DNA of 64,000 bases, taken from contig JAPDFW010000005.1 of NCBI GenBank assembly GCA_028826165.1, forward strand, positions 1-64,000, written 5' to 3'. The translations under genes and the position numbers were made by a program. Source of the stretch: Anaeramoeba ignava BMAN (taxonomy: Eukaryota; Protista; Anaeramoebae). Shown here one piece after another: positions 38,930 to 52,836 of the stretch (position 1 is the first letter of the stretch; each line of letters opens with the position of its first letter). The notes below the pieces were generated by a model. The model did no database searches. It worked only from the letters and a program-made list of their open reading frames with translations, and was not told the origin of the DNA.

Positions 38930-40036
38930 GAAATAAATATAAATTATTTAAAATAATTAGATTAAATTGGTTCATTTATTCTTATAAATAATTTATATTT
39001 TAAATTTATTAAAAAATTGATTAAAATAATTTATTAATTTTATATTATGAAATGAATATAAAATATTTAATTTTTAATTAATAAATTAATTTAAAATAAT
39101 TAGATTAAATTGATTCATTTATTCTTGTAAATAATTTATCTTTTAGATTTATTTAAAAATTTGATTAAAATAATTTATTAATTTTATATTATGAAATAAA
39201 TATAAAATATTTAATTTTTAATTAATAATTTAATTTTAAAATAATTAGACTAAATTGATTCATTTATTCTTATAAATAATTTATCTTTTAGATTTACTTA
39301 AAAAATTTGATTAAAATAATTTATTAATTTTATATTATGAAATGAATATAAAAATATTTAATTTTTAATTAATAAATTATTTTAAAATAATTAGATTAAA
39401 TTGATTCATTTATTCTTATAAATAATTTATATTTTAAATTTATTTAAAAATTTGATTAAAATAATTTATTAATTTTATATTATGAAATAAATATAAAATA
39501 TTTAATTTTTAATTAATAATTTAATTTAAAATAATTAGATTAAATTGGTTCATTTATTCTTGTAAATAATTTATCTTTTAGATTTATTTAAAAATTTGAT
39601 TAAAATAATTTATTAATTTTATATTATGAAATGAATATAAAATATTTAATTTTTAATTAATAATTTAATTTAAAATAATTAGATTAAATTGGTTCATTTA
39701 TTCTTATAAATAATTTATATTTTAAATTTATTTAAAAATTTGATTAAAACTAATTTATTAATTTTATATTATGAAATGAATATAAAATATTTAATTTTTA
39801 ATTAATAAATTTAATTTAAAAATAATTAGATTAAATTGATTCATTTATTCTTATAAATAATTTATATTTTAGATTTATTTAAAAATTTGATTAAAATAAT
39901 TTATTAATTTTATATTATGAAATGAATATAAAATATTTAATTTTTAATTAATAATTTAATTTAAAATAATTAGATTAAATTGGTTCATTTATTCTTGTAA
40001 ATAATTTATCTTTTAGATTTATTTAAAAATTTGATA
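38930..40036. repeat. Intergenic tandem repeat, unit 143-147 bp, about 7.7 copies
   Basis: The TAG of the anchor ATAATTAGA recurs at about 38958, 39101, 39246, 39392, 39536, 39680, 39827 and 39971. Confidence 0.95.
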
Positions 40037-40455
40037 AAACAAAATTTCTTTTTTTTTTTATTAATTTTTTTTTTTATTGTTTAATGCAGGCAAAATTTCT
40101 TTATTTTAATTTTAATTTGCAGGCAAAAATTTTTTTCTTTTTATTTTTTTATTTAATTTAAAAAGAAAGATTTTTTCATTTTTCCCTTTTTTTTTTTCTT
40201 TCTTTTTCTTGTTCTTTTTCTTTCTTTCTTTTTCTTTTATATTATTTTTGTAATCAAAATTAACTTTTAAATTCAATTTCTTTATTAAATTAAATTAAAT
40301 TTTCAAATTAAATTTTAAATTAAAAACTTTTTTTTTAAAAAAGATCAAGAAAAAGGAAAAAAAAAAGAAGAACAAAAAAAATCAATTTTCTTTTAAAAAA
40401 TTCAAAAAGATTTGCGTTTTCCAAAAAAAAAATAAAAGAAGAACAAAAAAATAAA

Positions 40456-42753
40456 ATGAATGAAAACAAAGAAGATGAAGAAAAAAATGAAGAAAAATCC
40501 AAAAATGTTGATGATTTACAGTTAAATTGTCATTTAGAATTTTCTTTTGAAAATCAAAAAGAAAATCAAAAAGAAACTAAAAATTCATCAGAATTTATTT
40601 TTAATTATTCTGAAAAGGATTTAAATGAAAAAACTATTTTAGAAACACTTTCTCAAAATGAAAATAAAAATGATAAAATTAATTTAAGTTATTGTTTAGC
40701 CAATCAAAATAATTGTGGGAATTTTGATGATAATTTTATATTTCAATCAAAAGAAGAACAAAAGAAATCACTTAATTTTTATTTTCAAAAAGAGAGAAGG
40801 TATTGGATAAAGAAAAATAGAATTTTTTACGAATATTTCTTTTTAATTTAAATTATTTGATTTGATTTAAATATTATTTTGATTTTATTTAATTTATTTC
40901 AAAATTAATTTAATTTAATTTTTGAATTTAAATTTAATTTAATTTGGATTTAATTTGATTTTTGATTTAATTTTTTAAAATTTAATTATTATAATTGAAT
41001 TTAATTTGATTTGATTTAATTTGATTTGATTTGATTTGATTTGATTTCCAAATTTAAAAAGATTTGAACAAATTTAATTTGATTTAATTTAATTTGATTT
41101 GAAAATTTGAAGAAATTTGAAAAAATGATTTGATTTGATTTACATTTAAATTTAATTTAATTTAATTTTCTTTTAATTTGATTCAAAAAGAAATTCAAAT
41201 TTGATTTAATTTTGATTTAATTTAATTTAAATTTGATTTAATTTAATTTGATTTAATTTGATTTAATTTAATTTTAATTTAATTTTAATTTAATTGAATT
41301 TAATTTGATTTAATTTAATTTAATTTGATTTTATTTGGTTAGCCAATTTTAATTTAATTTAATTTAATTTTTTGAATTTAATTTAATTTTTTATTTCAAT
41401 TTAATTTGGAAATTTTAATTTTTATTTTCAAAAAAATTTAATTTGATTTGATTTTAAGAAAATTTGATTTAATTTAATTTTAAATTTAATTTAAATTATT
41501 TGATTTGATTTAATTTGATTTGATTTAATTTTATTGAATTTGATTTGAATTGATTTAAATTTGAATTTAATTTGATTTAATTTTAATTGAATTGAAATTT
41601 AATTTGGATTTGATTTGATTTGATTTAATTTGATTTAATTTAATTTAATTTAATTTAATTTGATTTAATTTGATTTAATTTGATTTAATTTAATTTAATT
41701 TAATTTGATTTTGATTTGATTTGATTTGATTTGATTTGATTTAATTTGATTTAATTTGATTTAATTTGATTTGATTTTAATTTAATTTGATTTAATTTGA
41801 TTTATTTAATTTAATTTAATTTGATTTAATTTAATTTAATTTGATTTAATTTGATTTAATTTAATTTGATTTGATTTAATTTGATTTGATTTAATTTAAT
41901 TTGATTTAATTTAATTTAATTTGATTTGATTTGATTTAATTTAATTTAATTTAATTTGATTTAATTTGATTTAATTTGATTTAATTTAATTTGATTTAAA
42001 TTTGATTTAATTTAATTTGATTTAAATTTGATTTAATTTAATTTGATTTAAATTTGATTTAATTTAATTTGATTTAATTTGATTTTATTCAATTTTTGTA
42101 AAAAAAAAAAAAGTGAACAAGATTTTGAAACACAAAATCAAACAACAAAAGCATTAGAATTTTTAGAAAAAGTTCAAAATAGATACAAAGAAAAACCACA
42201 AATATATCGAAATTTTTTGAATCTTATAAAACAATATAAATGCGGAAAAATGAACACACAACATTTTATTCACGAAGTGTTTTTTCTTTTCCATAAACAT
42301 AAAGATCTTATTTTAGGATTAAATAACTTTCTACCAAAAAATACAAGAATCACGGAACAAGTTTTGGAAAGAAAATTATCACAAGTTAGTTTAGCTGTTG
42401 AATTTGTATCAAAAATTCATAAAAGATTTGAAGATAACCCACAAATTTATAACGAATTTGTTCAACTTCTTTTCGGTTATCATTTGAATAAAATTTCAAC
42501 TGATGAAACTCTTCAAAAAATTTCTCATTTATTTTCTGATGATCCAATTTTAATCCAAGAATTTTTGCGTTTTATTCCTCTTGGAAATCAAACTAATCAA
42601 GGTTTATTTTGTAAAAATGATAGGAAAAACAAAAAAGGAGAACTTTTAGAATGTCCTCATTTTGTAGAATGTAAAAGGCAAAAATTGGAACAAAAAAAAA
42701 ATGGAGAAAAAAAAAATGGAGAAAAAAATGATGAAAAAAAAAATTATAATTGA
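40456..42753 (+). CDS. Small Sin3-like protein with two PAH domains
   Basis: Exons 40456-40799 and 42114-42753. PAH1 reads ALEFLEKVQNRYKEKPQIYRNFL..LFHKHKDLILGLNNFLP and PAH2 reads AVEFVSKIHKRFEDNPQIYNEFV..LIQEFLRFIP. Confidence 0.85.
40850..42085. repeat. Intronic (TTTGA/TTTAA)n pentamer repeat
   Basis: Fills intron 40800-42113. Confidence 0.9.
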
Positions 42754-43066
42754 AAAAAGATTATGTTTTCTTTTTTGTGTGCTTTTTTTTCTGTGTTTTG
42801 TTTTCAATTCTTCTTTCATATTCTTATTCTTCTTCTTTCATAATTTTTTTTTATTTACATTTCTTTAAATGTGGAATTGAAAATAAAAGAAAAAAGAAGA
42901 AACAAAGAAACAAATTTAAAAAAAGATTTTATTTTTCTTTTTTCTTTTTATTTTTTATTTTTGTTTTTATTTATGTTTTTTATTTTGCCGGTTATTATTT
43001 TTTTTAAATTTTAATTTTTCATTTTTAATTTTTCATTTTTCATTTTTTTTTTTAATTAAAATCAAA

Positions 43067-46000
43067 ATGAGTAAAAAAGTTTCAAAAACAACTTTAAAAA
43101 GAAAAAAAACAATAAGTAATCTTTCAAATATTGTTTTACAATCAGATTCTACAACAAGTTTATATTCATTTGAAACAAGAGGTAAAAAAAAAAAAACAAA
43201 AACAAAAATTTAAAAAAAAAAATGCAAAAAAAAAATTTTTTAAAATGAGAAATTCATTCCAAAATTTTCATCTCAAAATTCTATGAATATTAAAATTAAC
43301 ACCCTATGTGCCTTTTTATTTTTTCTAACGCGAATGAATATAAAAAAATTCTACAGATAAAAAGACATATTCAGGACCTGATATCACACCTTTTCATATC
43401 CACGATCATCCCAAAACCGACAACAGAAAATTTCCAGTTTATTATGACATAGAAGGAAACTATTACGATATTCATTATCGACGAGTTTCTCAGGAATTAG
43501 TTACACGCAACGAACTTGAAAAAACAAAGTTAGAAACTGAAAAAAATTTAGAAACAGAACTGTCAAATGCACAAGAGGATGACATTGAGTTTATAAGAAA
43601 TAAAAACAGTGCTTTGATCTCTAACTTCCCTGATGATCTTCAGGATATTCCTTCCTTTCCAAAATCACAGGGCTTCTCTTCTTTTGATGACTTTGAACAG
43701 GCTTTAATTGCTTGGAAAAATAAAATTACTTCTCGTTTTGGTTTTGTTCAACATCCTATTTATATTGGTAGAAGTTATCCAAGACCTTATCTTGCTGCTG
43801 AACAGGTTTGTTTTATCTTTTTCACATTAAATTAAAATTCATTTATTAAATTAAAATTCATTTATAAAAATTAAAATTCATTTATAAAATTAAAATTCAT
43901 TTATAAAATTCAAATTAAAATTAAAATTAAAATTCATTTATAAAATTAAAATTCATTTTTAAAATTAAAATTCATTTATAAAATTAAAATTCATTTATAA
44001 AATTAAAATTCATTTATAAAAATTAAAATTAAATTTAAAATTAAAATTAAAATTCATTTATAAAATTAAAATTAAAATTAAAATTAAAATTAAATTTAAA
44101 ATCAAAATTAAAATTCATTTATAAAATTAAAATTAAAATTAAAATTAAAATTAAATTTATAAAATTAAAATTAAAATTAAAAATCAAAATTAAATTTAAA
44201 ATTTAAAATTAAAATTAAAATTAAAATTAAAATTAAAAAAATTAAAATTAAAATCAAAATCAAATTTAAAATTAAAATTAAAATTAAAATTAAAATAAAA
44301 ATTAAAATTCAAATTAAAATTAAAATTCATTTATAAAATTAAAATTAAAATTAAAATTAAAATTAAAATAAAAATCAAAATTAAAATTAAAATTAAAATT
44401 AAAATCAAAATTAAAATTCATTTATAAAAATTAAAATTAAAATCAAAATTAAAATTCATTTATAAAAATTAAAATTCATTTATAAAATTAAAATAAAAAT
44501 TAAAATTAAAATAAAATTAAAATTAAAATTAAAATTAAAATTAAAATCAAAATTAAATTTAAAATTTAAATTAAAATTAAAATTAAAATTCATTTATAAA
44601 ATTAAAATTAAAATTAAAAAGTCTGAAAAAAAACAAGATCAAGAAGAAAGATCATCAGTAACAGATTCTGAAAGAATGTCAACAGATTCAAAAAGAACTT
44701 CTGAACAAATTCCTAGAACTTCATCAACTTCAAAAGATTCACCAAGAACTTCTTCAATTGGTAAAAGTAAAATAATAGAAACTGCTCATATAGAAAGAAG
44801 GCACAGTACTATTGATGAACATTTAGATCATTTTTCTCAAAAAAAAGTAAATTAAAATTTAAAATTTAAAATTTCAATTTAATTTAAATTAATTTAAAAT
44901 TAAAATTTTTTTAGATGGATAAATTACCTGATTTTATGGAAGGAACTTCTTTATTTATTTCTGATAAAGAGCAATGGTCAAACAAATTAATTCCTCCTGA
45001 ACCAAAACCTGATAATTATTCATCATTTGAAGGTTTATTGTTAAACAAATCTAAAGAAGATTTAAATTATTTAAAATATTCAAAATATATTTAAATTAAA
45101 TTATTCAAATTAAATTATTTAAAATATTCAAAATAAAATATTTAAATTAAATTATTTAAATTAAATTAATATATTTAAATTAAAATATTTTAAATTTAAA
45201 ATTTAAATTATTTAAAATATTCAAAATATATTTAAATTAAATTGATTTAAATTCAAATTAATAAATTAAATTATTTAAATTAAATTGATTTAAATTAAAT
45301 TGATTTAAATTCAAATTAATAAATTAAATTATTTAAATTAAATTATTTAAATTTAAATTAATATTTAAATAGAATTTGAAAAAGCTTTTCAAAGATGGTC
45401 TCAAATTGTTATGGGAACTCTTCCAAAAATACCAATTCATTCAAGACAACTTTCTGAAATTTATGGAATTTTAACTGAAAAAGAAATAGAAGAAAAAGAA
45501 ACAAAACGAAGAAAAGAAGAAAATGCACTTATTTTTATTGTAAAATATTCGAAAAACAAATTCATAAATATTTTAAACATTTCAAAATAAATATTTAAAA
45601 TTATTCAATTTTATTGTAAAAAAGGAACGCGTTAAAAAAACAAAAAAACAAATTCCAGAAATCGATCGCTATTATTATTGGATGAAAAGACTCAATTATT
45701 CATTCTTTACATCACTTGTTAGTTCAGGAATATTATCATATGATTATTTACAATATTTAGTTTATAAAAAAACCAAAGAAGAAATTTTATCAGAAATTGA
45801 AATTGAAAAACAAAATCAAGAAAAAATGGAAATTATGAATCGAGAAAAACAAAAGAAATTAAAAAATCTTGAAAAACAAGAGAAAGAAATGGTCATGAAA
45901 TTAAGCATGACACAAGAAGATCGTTCAAACATAGAACAAACCACATTTGGAAAAGATACTCCAAAAGTTAATTTAAGTGAAGAAGCAATCAAAGGAGTTC

Positions 46001-49000
46001 AAAATTTTTTCTCAATTTTAAACGAAAAAAAAGAAAAGAATTTCAGTTTTTATCGTAGTTTTTGTAAACCTATTATTGGCAAAATTCATGGTACTTTGCC
46101 AAAAAGTGATTTAGCTTTTCAACAACAAAAATTGGCTACTGAACAAAAAGGTGGTTTATTACAAACTTCAAGAGCTTCTTTGTATTTAAGAAGAACTGAT
46201 TTAACTGGTCCAATGATTAATTCTTCAATGGATTGTCCTTCTGAAGTTGATGTAGAATTCAAAATTTATTTATAAAATTAAAATTCATTTATTAAAATTA
46301 AATTATAAATTTAAAATTTATTTATAAAATTAAAATTTAAATTTAAAATTAAAATTAAAATTAAAATTAAATTTAAAATTAAAATTAAAATTAAAATTAA
46401 AATTAAATTAAAATTAAAATTAAAATTAAAATTAAAATTAAAATTAAAATTAAAATTAAAATTTAAAATTAAAATTAAAATTCAAAATTAAAATTAAAAT
46501 TAAAGGGAAAAAATGTACTTTTTGCAGTTCCTCCTTATGAAATTTCTGATGCTTTTGATTTTGAAAAAATTTATAATGAACAATCACGAAAAGCAACAAT
46601 AAGTCAAATTTCAAAAGTTGATAATCAAAAAAGACTTGATCAAATACAATTTTGGTATAATCCAGCAAAATATTCATTAGAAGTAATTCAAAAATAATTC
46701 AAAAATAATTCAAAAACAATTCAAAAACAATTCAAAAACAATTTTTCATTTTAAAATTTTTTCATTTAATAAAAAAAAAAGAAATTTAATGAACAAAAGA
46801 TAAAAATTAATCAATTAATTAATCAATCATCAGATAAATTTACAATTGATACTTTAAGACAAATTCTTTGTATTGAAATGTGTTTAGATCAATTTACAAA
46901 TTTATTATCAGATTATGTTATTTTTAAGAACAAACAAGTTCCATATTCTCAAGTTTTTTTATCATGTATTACTGCTGATAATTTTTCGGAAATTCTCAAG
47001 ATTTTCCGTGAAACAACTTCTTTTCAAATTCATGCACAGGTTTTGTTTTAAAAATTCATTTATAAAATTAAAATTAAAATTAAAATTAAAATTAAAATTA
47101 AAATTAAAATTAAAATTAAAATTAAAATTAAAATTAAAATTAAAATTAAAATTAAAATTAAAATTAAAATTAAAATTAAAATTAAAATTAAAATTAAAAT
47201 TAAAATTAAAATTAAAATTTAAATTAAAATTAAAATTAAAATTAAAATTAAAATTAAAATTAAAATCAAAATTAAAATCAAAATTAAAATTAAAATTAAA
47301 ATTAAAATTAAAATTAAAATTAAAATTAAAATTAAAATTAAAATCAAAATTAAAATTAAAATTAAAATTAAAATTAAAATTAAAATTAAAATTAAAATTA
47401 AAATTAAAATTAAAATTAAAATTAAAATTAAAATTAAAATTAAAATTCATTTATAAAATTAAAATTAAAATTAAAATTAAAATTCAAATTTAAAATAAAA
47501 TTAAAATTCATTTATAAAATTAATATTAAAAAATAGCTTGCACAATTTGTTTCTGAAACACTTCAAGCAGGAATTTCAAAACAAATTATTGAAAAATATG
47601 TTAGAGAACATGATGTTAATAATTTATATTATATGGCTTATGCATTTAACTTTTTAGAAGATAGTCCAATACCAATTTTCCCACAAGATTCAGAAGTTCT
47701 TTATTTATCTAAAAAGGTAGAAACAAAATTATTAAATATTCAAAAAGAAAGGAAAACAAATTAATTGAAATTTTAATCAAAAAAATTTTTTTTACTTTGT
47801 TTCTTTTAAAATGATTTTTTTATTAGCATTTTTCAGGTGCAACTTTATCATTAGAAAAAAGTATTTTTACACATTATTATTTATCATTAATTTGGAAAGG
47901 ATTGAATCGAGGAAATCAAAATTTCTTGTTTGTTAATGTGAACTCACAAATTCAACAATATTTAAAGAATTTGAAAAATTCATTTGGAATGACAATTCAA
48001 TCTAATTTACAATTTTTAAGAACTGATTTATTTAAAGCTATTGAATCTTCTTCTATTAAAATATCAGGGTATTATTTGTTACTTTTAATGTTTTTAATCA
48101 AAGCTGAAGATAAAGTTTTAGATGTAAATATTAATAATTTTAATAATTTTAATAATTTTAATAATTTTAATAATTTTAATAATTTTAATAATTTTAATAA
48201 TTTTAATAATTTTAATAATTTTATAAATTTAATTTTATAAATGAATTTTAATAATTTTAATAGGAAATCCTTCAATCAAAAGAAACAGCATTAATAGACA
48301 AAATCAAGTATTTAACAAACTCTAAATATACACACGTTCGGTTTTCATGCTTACAAATTTGGAATCAATTATTAACATTTCCTGGATGGACAAACTTCCT
48401 GGTCAATTATTACACAGAAAACATTGAAGTCCTTTTAAAAGAATTCACACCACCTTTACTAAACGACTTTAAAGAAAACGAAGAAGAAGACAAAAAGGCG
48501 CGATTTATGCTTGTGTTAATTGACAACCTTTTTGAGGTTGTTTTTGAAGAAATAATTTCTAAATCAAACAAAGAAAGCATTCTTATTAATCCCGATTTAT
48601 ATTTTGAATTGATTAAAAAATTGGAAACTTACATTCGGGAAAACTACACAAATTCAACACTAATTTATATTGGGAAATTCCTGCGAAATTTAGTCTCATC
48701 ATTTTCAAGCTTAAAATTAATTGATCCGATTAGCAAAGAAGATAAAACAAAAATAGTGACATCTCAATTTAAAAAAAAGCTTCGCATCTCAGAAGAAGAT
48801 TGTCTAAGAATATTATCAATTGTTGGCAAAGCGCCGCATTCATTGGATCAAATGAAGACGTATTTAATTGAGATTGTTTGTGATTTGATTCGTCCTGAAG
48901 GAATTTTTGAGATTATAAGATCTTCAACTGGATTTTTTCCTCAATTTATTTCTTTATTTCGTGATTGCAAAAATTTCGAGCTTTCGGATCAGTTTTGGAG

Positions 49001-50566
49001 ATTGTATTATGAGACTATTTTATACCATCCAAATGTTGTTGTTCATTTCAAGAAAATCAACCATTTAAAACCAATGATTGAGTTGATATCCACAAGTTCG
49101 GATGCCTCAATTACTGTTGTTGGTCTTCAATATTTATACAAGATCCTGACTATGGACCAAAAAGAGGATCGCAGAATCCAAAGAGGCGAATCTTCTTCTC
49201 GTCCTTTTGAAAAGGATTCTGTTAAAAAAATTGCTAAGGATGTTAAGGCTTTTGCTGATTTTTTTGATAAGAATGCTTTGTTTGTTAAGATTCATATGAT
49301 TTATATGAATTTTCAAGATAAAGCTGGTATTAAATATGGTGGCAAAAAATTTATTGTAATTTTTATCCAATTCAATTTGGAAATTTTAAATATAAACATA
49401 TTTAAATAAATATAAATATAAATATAAATATTTAAAATAAATATAAATATAAATATTTAAATAAATATAAATATAAATATTTAAATAAATATAAATATAA
49501 ATATTTAAATAAATATAAATATAAATATTTAAATAAATATAAATATAAATATAAATAAATAAAATACAAAATATTTAAAATAAATATAAATATAAATATT
49601 TTTAAATATAAATATAAAATATTTAAATAAAATAAAAATATTTAAATAAATAAAAATAAATATAAATATAAATATTTAAATAAATATAAATATAAATAAA
49701 TATAAATATTTAATTTAAAATTTAAAATAAAAATATATAAATAAAAATATAAATATTTTAAATAAATATAAATATAAATATTTAAATAAACATAAATAAA
49801 TATAAAACATTTCAAAATTTAAATATAAATAAATTTAAATAAATATAAATATAAAATATTTAAAATAAAATATAAATATAAATATTTAAATAAATATAAA
49901 ATATAAATATTTAAAATAAACATAAAAAATAAATATAAAAATAAATATAAAATAAACATAAAAATAAATAAATATATAAATAAATATAAAATATAAATAT
50001 TTAAAATAAACATAAAAAATAAATATAAAAATAAATATAAAATAAACATAAAAATAAATAAATATAAAAATAAATATAAAAACAAAAATATAAATATTTA
50101 AACAAAATAAAAAAATATAAATAAAAAAAAAATAAATTATAAATATTAAAATATTTAAATAAATATAAATATAAATATTTAAATAAATATAAATATAAAT
50201 ATTTAAATAAATATAAATATAAATATTTAAATAAATATAAATAAATATTTAAATAAATATAAATATTTAAATAAATATTTAAATATAAATATAAATATTT
50301 AAATAAATATAAATATAAATATTTAAATAAATATAAATATAAATATTTAAATAAATATTTAAATATAAATATAAATAAATTTGAATTAGAATTTAGCAAA
50401 AGTTTATGAAGCAATTATGACAAATCCTTCTTGCTCAAAAATTGCTCAAACTGGATTAAAGAAATCAGATTACAAAGAAGGTATGGAACTAATTCATTCA
50501 TTTTTCGGAATTGATGAAAAACAAAAAAAATCCAAAAAATCTGGAAAAAGAGGTCATAGAAAATGA
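43067..50566 (+). CDS. Large 12-exon protein with a helical/ARM-like C-terminus; possibly related to the Dictyostelium Sca1-complex scaffold ScaA
   Basis: Eleven GT-AG introns were placed by eye (e.g. 43182-43356, 43806-44621, 47040-47536, 49356-50389), with frame confirmed at the junctions checked. It has a repeated motif, [20 protein letters not shown] and [22 protein letters not shown]. The family assignment is from recall and is unverified. Confidence 0.65.
43830..44620. repeat. Intronic (AAAATT)n interspersed with AAAATTCATTTAT
   Basis: Seen directly; similar arrays at 46265-46500 and 47050-47520. Confidence 0.9.
49390..50380. repeat. Intronic (AAATAT)n / 24-bp higher-order repeat
   Basis: Fills intron 49356-50389. 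Confidence 0.9.
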
Positions 50567-50835
50567 TTTACTTTACAATTTCTACTTTTTACTTTTCAAT
50601 TTCTACTTTTTACTTTTCAATTTGAATTCTTTCTTTTTTGATATTCAAGTTTAACTCCATTTTTTTCTTTTTTTCTTTTCTTTTTTCTTTTAAAATGATT
50701 TGTGAAAATTGTTGATTTTTTTTTATTCCACTTTTTCCTTTTTTCTTTTTCTTTTTCTTTCTTCTTTTTTTTTTTTGACATTTTGGAAAAGAAAAAAATC
50801 AACAATTAATTCAAAATAAAAAAATAAAAAAATAA

Positions 50836-50890
50836 TTTTTTTTTTCATTTTCATTTTCATTTTCATTTTTTTCATTTTTTTTCATTTTTA
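50836..50890 (+). promoter_or_regulatory. Tandem TTTTCAT Inr-like array upstream of cytochrome b5
   Basis: Six copies directly before ATG 50895. Confidence 0.65.
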
Positions 50891-50894
50891 AATT

Positions 50895-52767
50895 ATGTCA
50901 GAAGTAAATTAAAATTTAATCAAAATTTAATCAAAATCTTTTTTAAATTAAAATCACAATCAAAATTAAAATCAAAAAATTTCTAGAAAGAAACAAATCA
51001 AAAAGAAGAAACAAATCAAAAAGAAGAAAAAACAAATCAAATTCATCCAAGTCATAAAGAAATGTTAAAAAAAGTCACTTTAAATATTTCTGAGCAAGAA
51101 AAACCATCTAAAAGGAAAATTCAAGGAGTAAAACCACAATTACAATGGTTAAATTATCAACCTCAAAATTTACCTGTATTTATTAAAATTTAAAATTAAA
51201 AAATTAAAAATTAAAAATTAAAATTAAAAATTAAAAATTAAAAAATTTTTTTAAAGAAATATCAAAAATATTCATCAGATGAAATTGCTAAACATAATAA
51301 ACCAAGTGATTGTTGGATTATTTTAAAAGGATTTGTTTATGATGTAACTGAATATGCAGCTTATCATCCTGGAGGAACACAATTAATTTATAAATATTCA
51401 GGAAAAGATGCAACTTCAATGTTCCGTAATTTAAATCAATTTATTATTATTAAATTAATTTATTAATATTAAATCAATTTATTAATATTTAATTAATTTA
51501 TTATTATTTAATTAATTTATTAATATTTAATCAATTTATTAATATTTAATCAATTTATTAATATTTAATCAATTTATTAATATTTAATCAATTTATTAAT
51601 ATTAAATTAATTTATTAATATTTAATCAATTTATTAATATTTAATTAATTTATTAATATTTAATCAATTTATTATTATTTAATCAATTTATTAATATTAA
51701 ATCAATTTATTAATATTTAATTAATTTATTATTATTTAATCAATTTATTAATATTTAATTAATTTATTAATATTTAATTAATTTATTATTATTTAATCAA
51801 TTTATTATTATTTAATTAATTTATTAATATTTAATTAATTTATTATTATTTAATCAATTTATTAATATTTAATCAATTTATTAATATTTAATCAATTTAT
51901 TGATATTTAAATCAATTTATTAATATTTAATCAATTTATTAATATTTAATTAATTTATTAATATTAAATTAATTTATTAATATTTAATCAATTTATTAAT
52001 ATTAAATTAATTTATTAATATTTAATTTATTTATTAATATTTAATTAATTTATTATTAATTAATTTATTAATATTTAATTTATTTATTAATATTTAATCA
52101 ATTTATTATTATTTTAAACTAATTTATTTATTAATATTTAATCAATTTATTATTTAATCAATTTATTAATATTTAATTTATTTATTAATATTTAATCAAT
52201 TTATTAATATTTAATCAATTTATTAATATTTAATCAATTTATTAATATTTAATCAATTTATTATTATTTAATTAAATTTATTAATATTTAATTAATTTAT
52301 TAATATTAAATCAATTTATTAATATTAAATCAATTTATTAATATTTAATCAATTTATTATTATTTAATTAATTTATTATTATTTAATCAATTTATTAATA
52401 TTTATTATTATTTAATCAATTTATTAATATTTAATCAATTTATTAATATTTAATCAATTTATTAATATTTAATTAATTTATTAATATTAAATTAATTAAA
52501 TATTATTTAATCAATTTATTAATATTAAATCAATTTATTAATATTTAATCAATTTATTAATATTTAATCAATTTATTAATATTTAATTTATTTATTAATA
52601 TTTAATCAATTTATTAATATTTAATCAATTTATTATTATTTAATCAATTTATTAATATTTAATTAATTTATTATTATTTAATTAAATTTTATTTAGAAAA
52701 AATTCATGGTTATGTTAGTATTGATGCTTTACTTAAAAAAGTTTTAATTGGTGAAGTTTTAAAATAA
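50895..52767 (+). CDS. Soluble cytochrome b5 heme-binding domain protein (Irc21/CYB5R4-N-like)
   Basis: Four exons. The spliced product contains EIAKHNKPSDCWIILKGFVYDVTEYAAYHPGG..GKDATSMFQKIHGY with both axial His; there is no membrane anchor. It is absent from the ORF track. Confidence 0.92.
51430..52690. repeat. Intronic 19-bp minisatellite (AATCAATTTATTAATATTT)n
   Basis: Fills intron 51426-52696. Confidence 0.95.
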
Positions 52768-52836
52768 TTCAAAAATTTAATTTGTTTTCTTTTCTTCTTT
52801 TTTTTTCAAAATAAAATTCCAAATTAAAATTCCAAA

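Noticed and set aside
38930-40036. Possible CRISPR array
   Set aside because: The units are full-length tandem copies with no unique spacers, there are no cas genes, and the context is eukaryotic.
49341-49356. Possible non-canonical GC-AG intron in the scaffold gene
   Set aside because: The canonical GT at 49356 gives an in-frame join (KKFI/NLAKVY).
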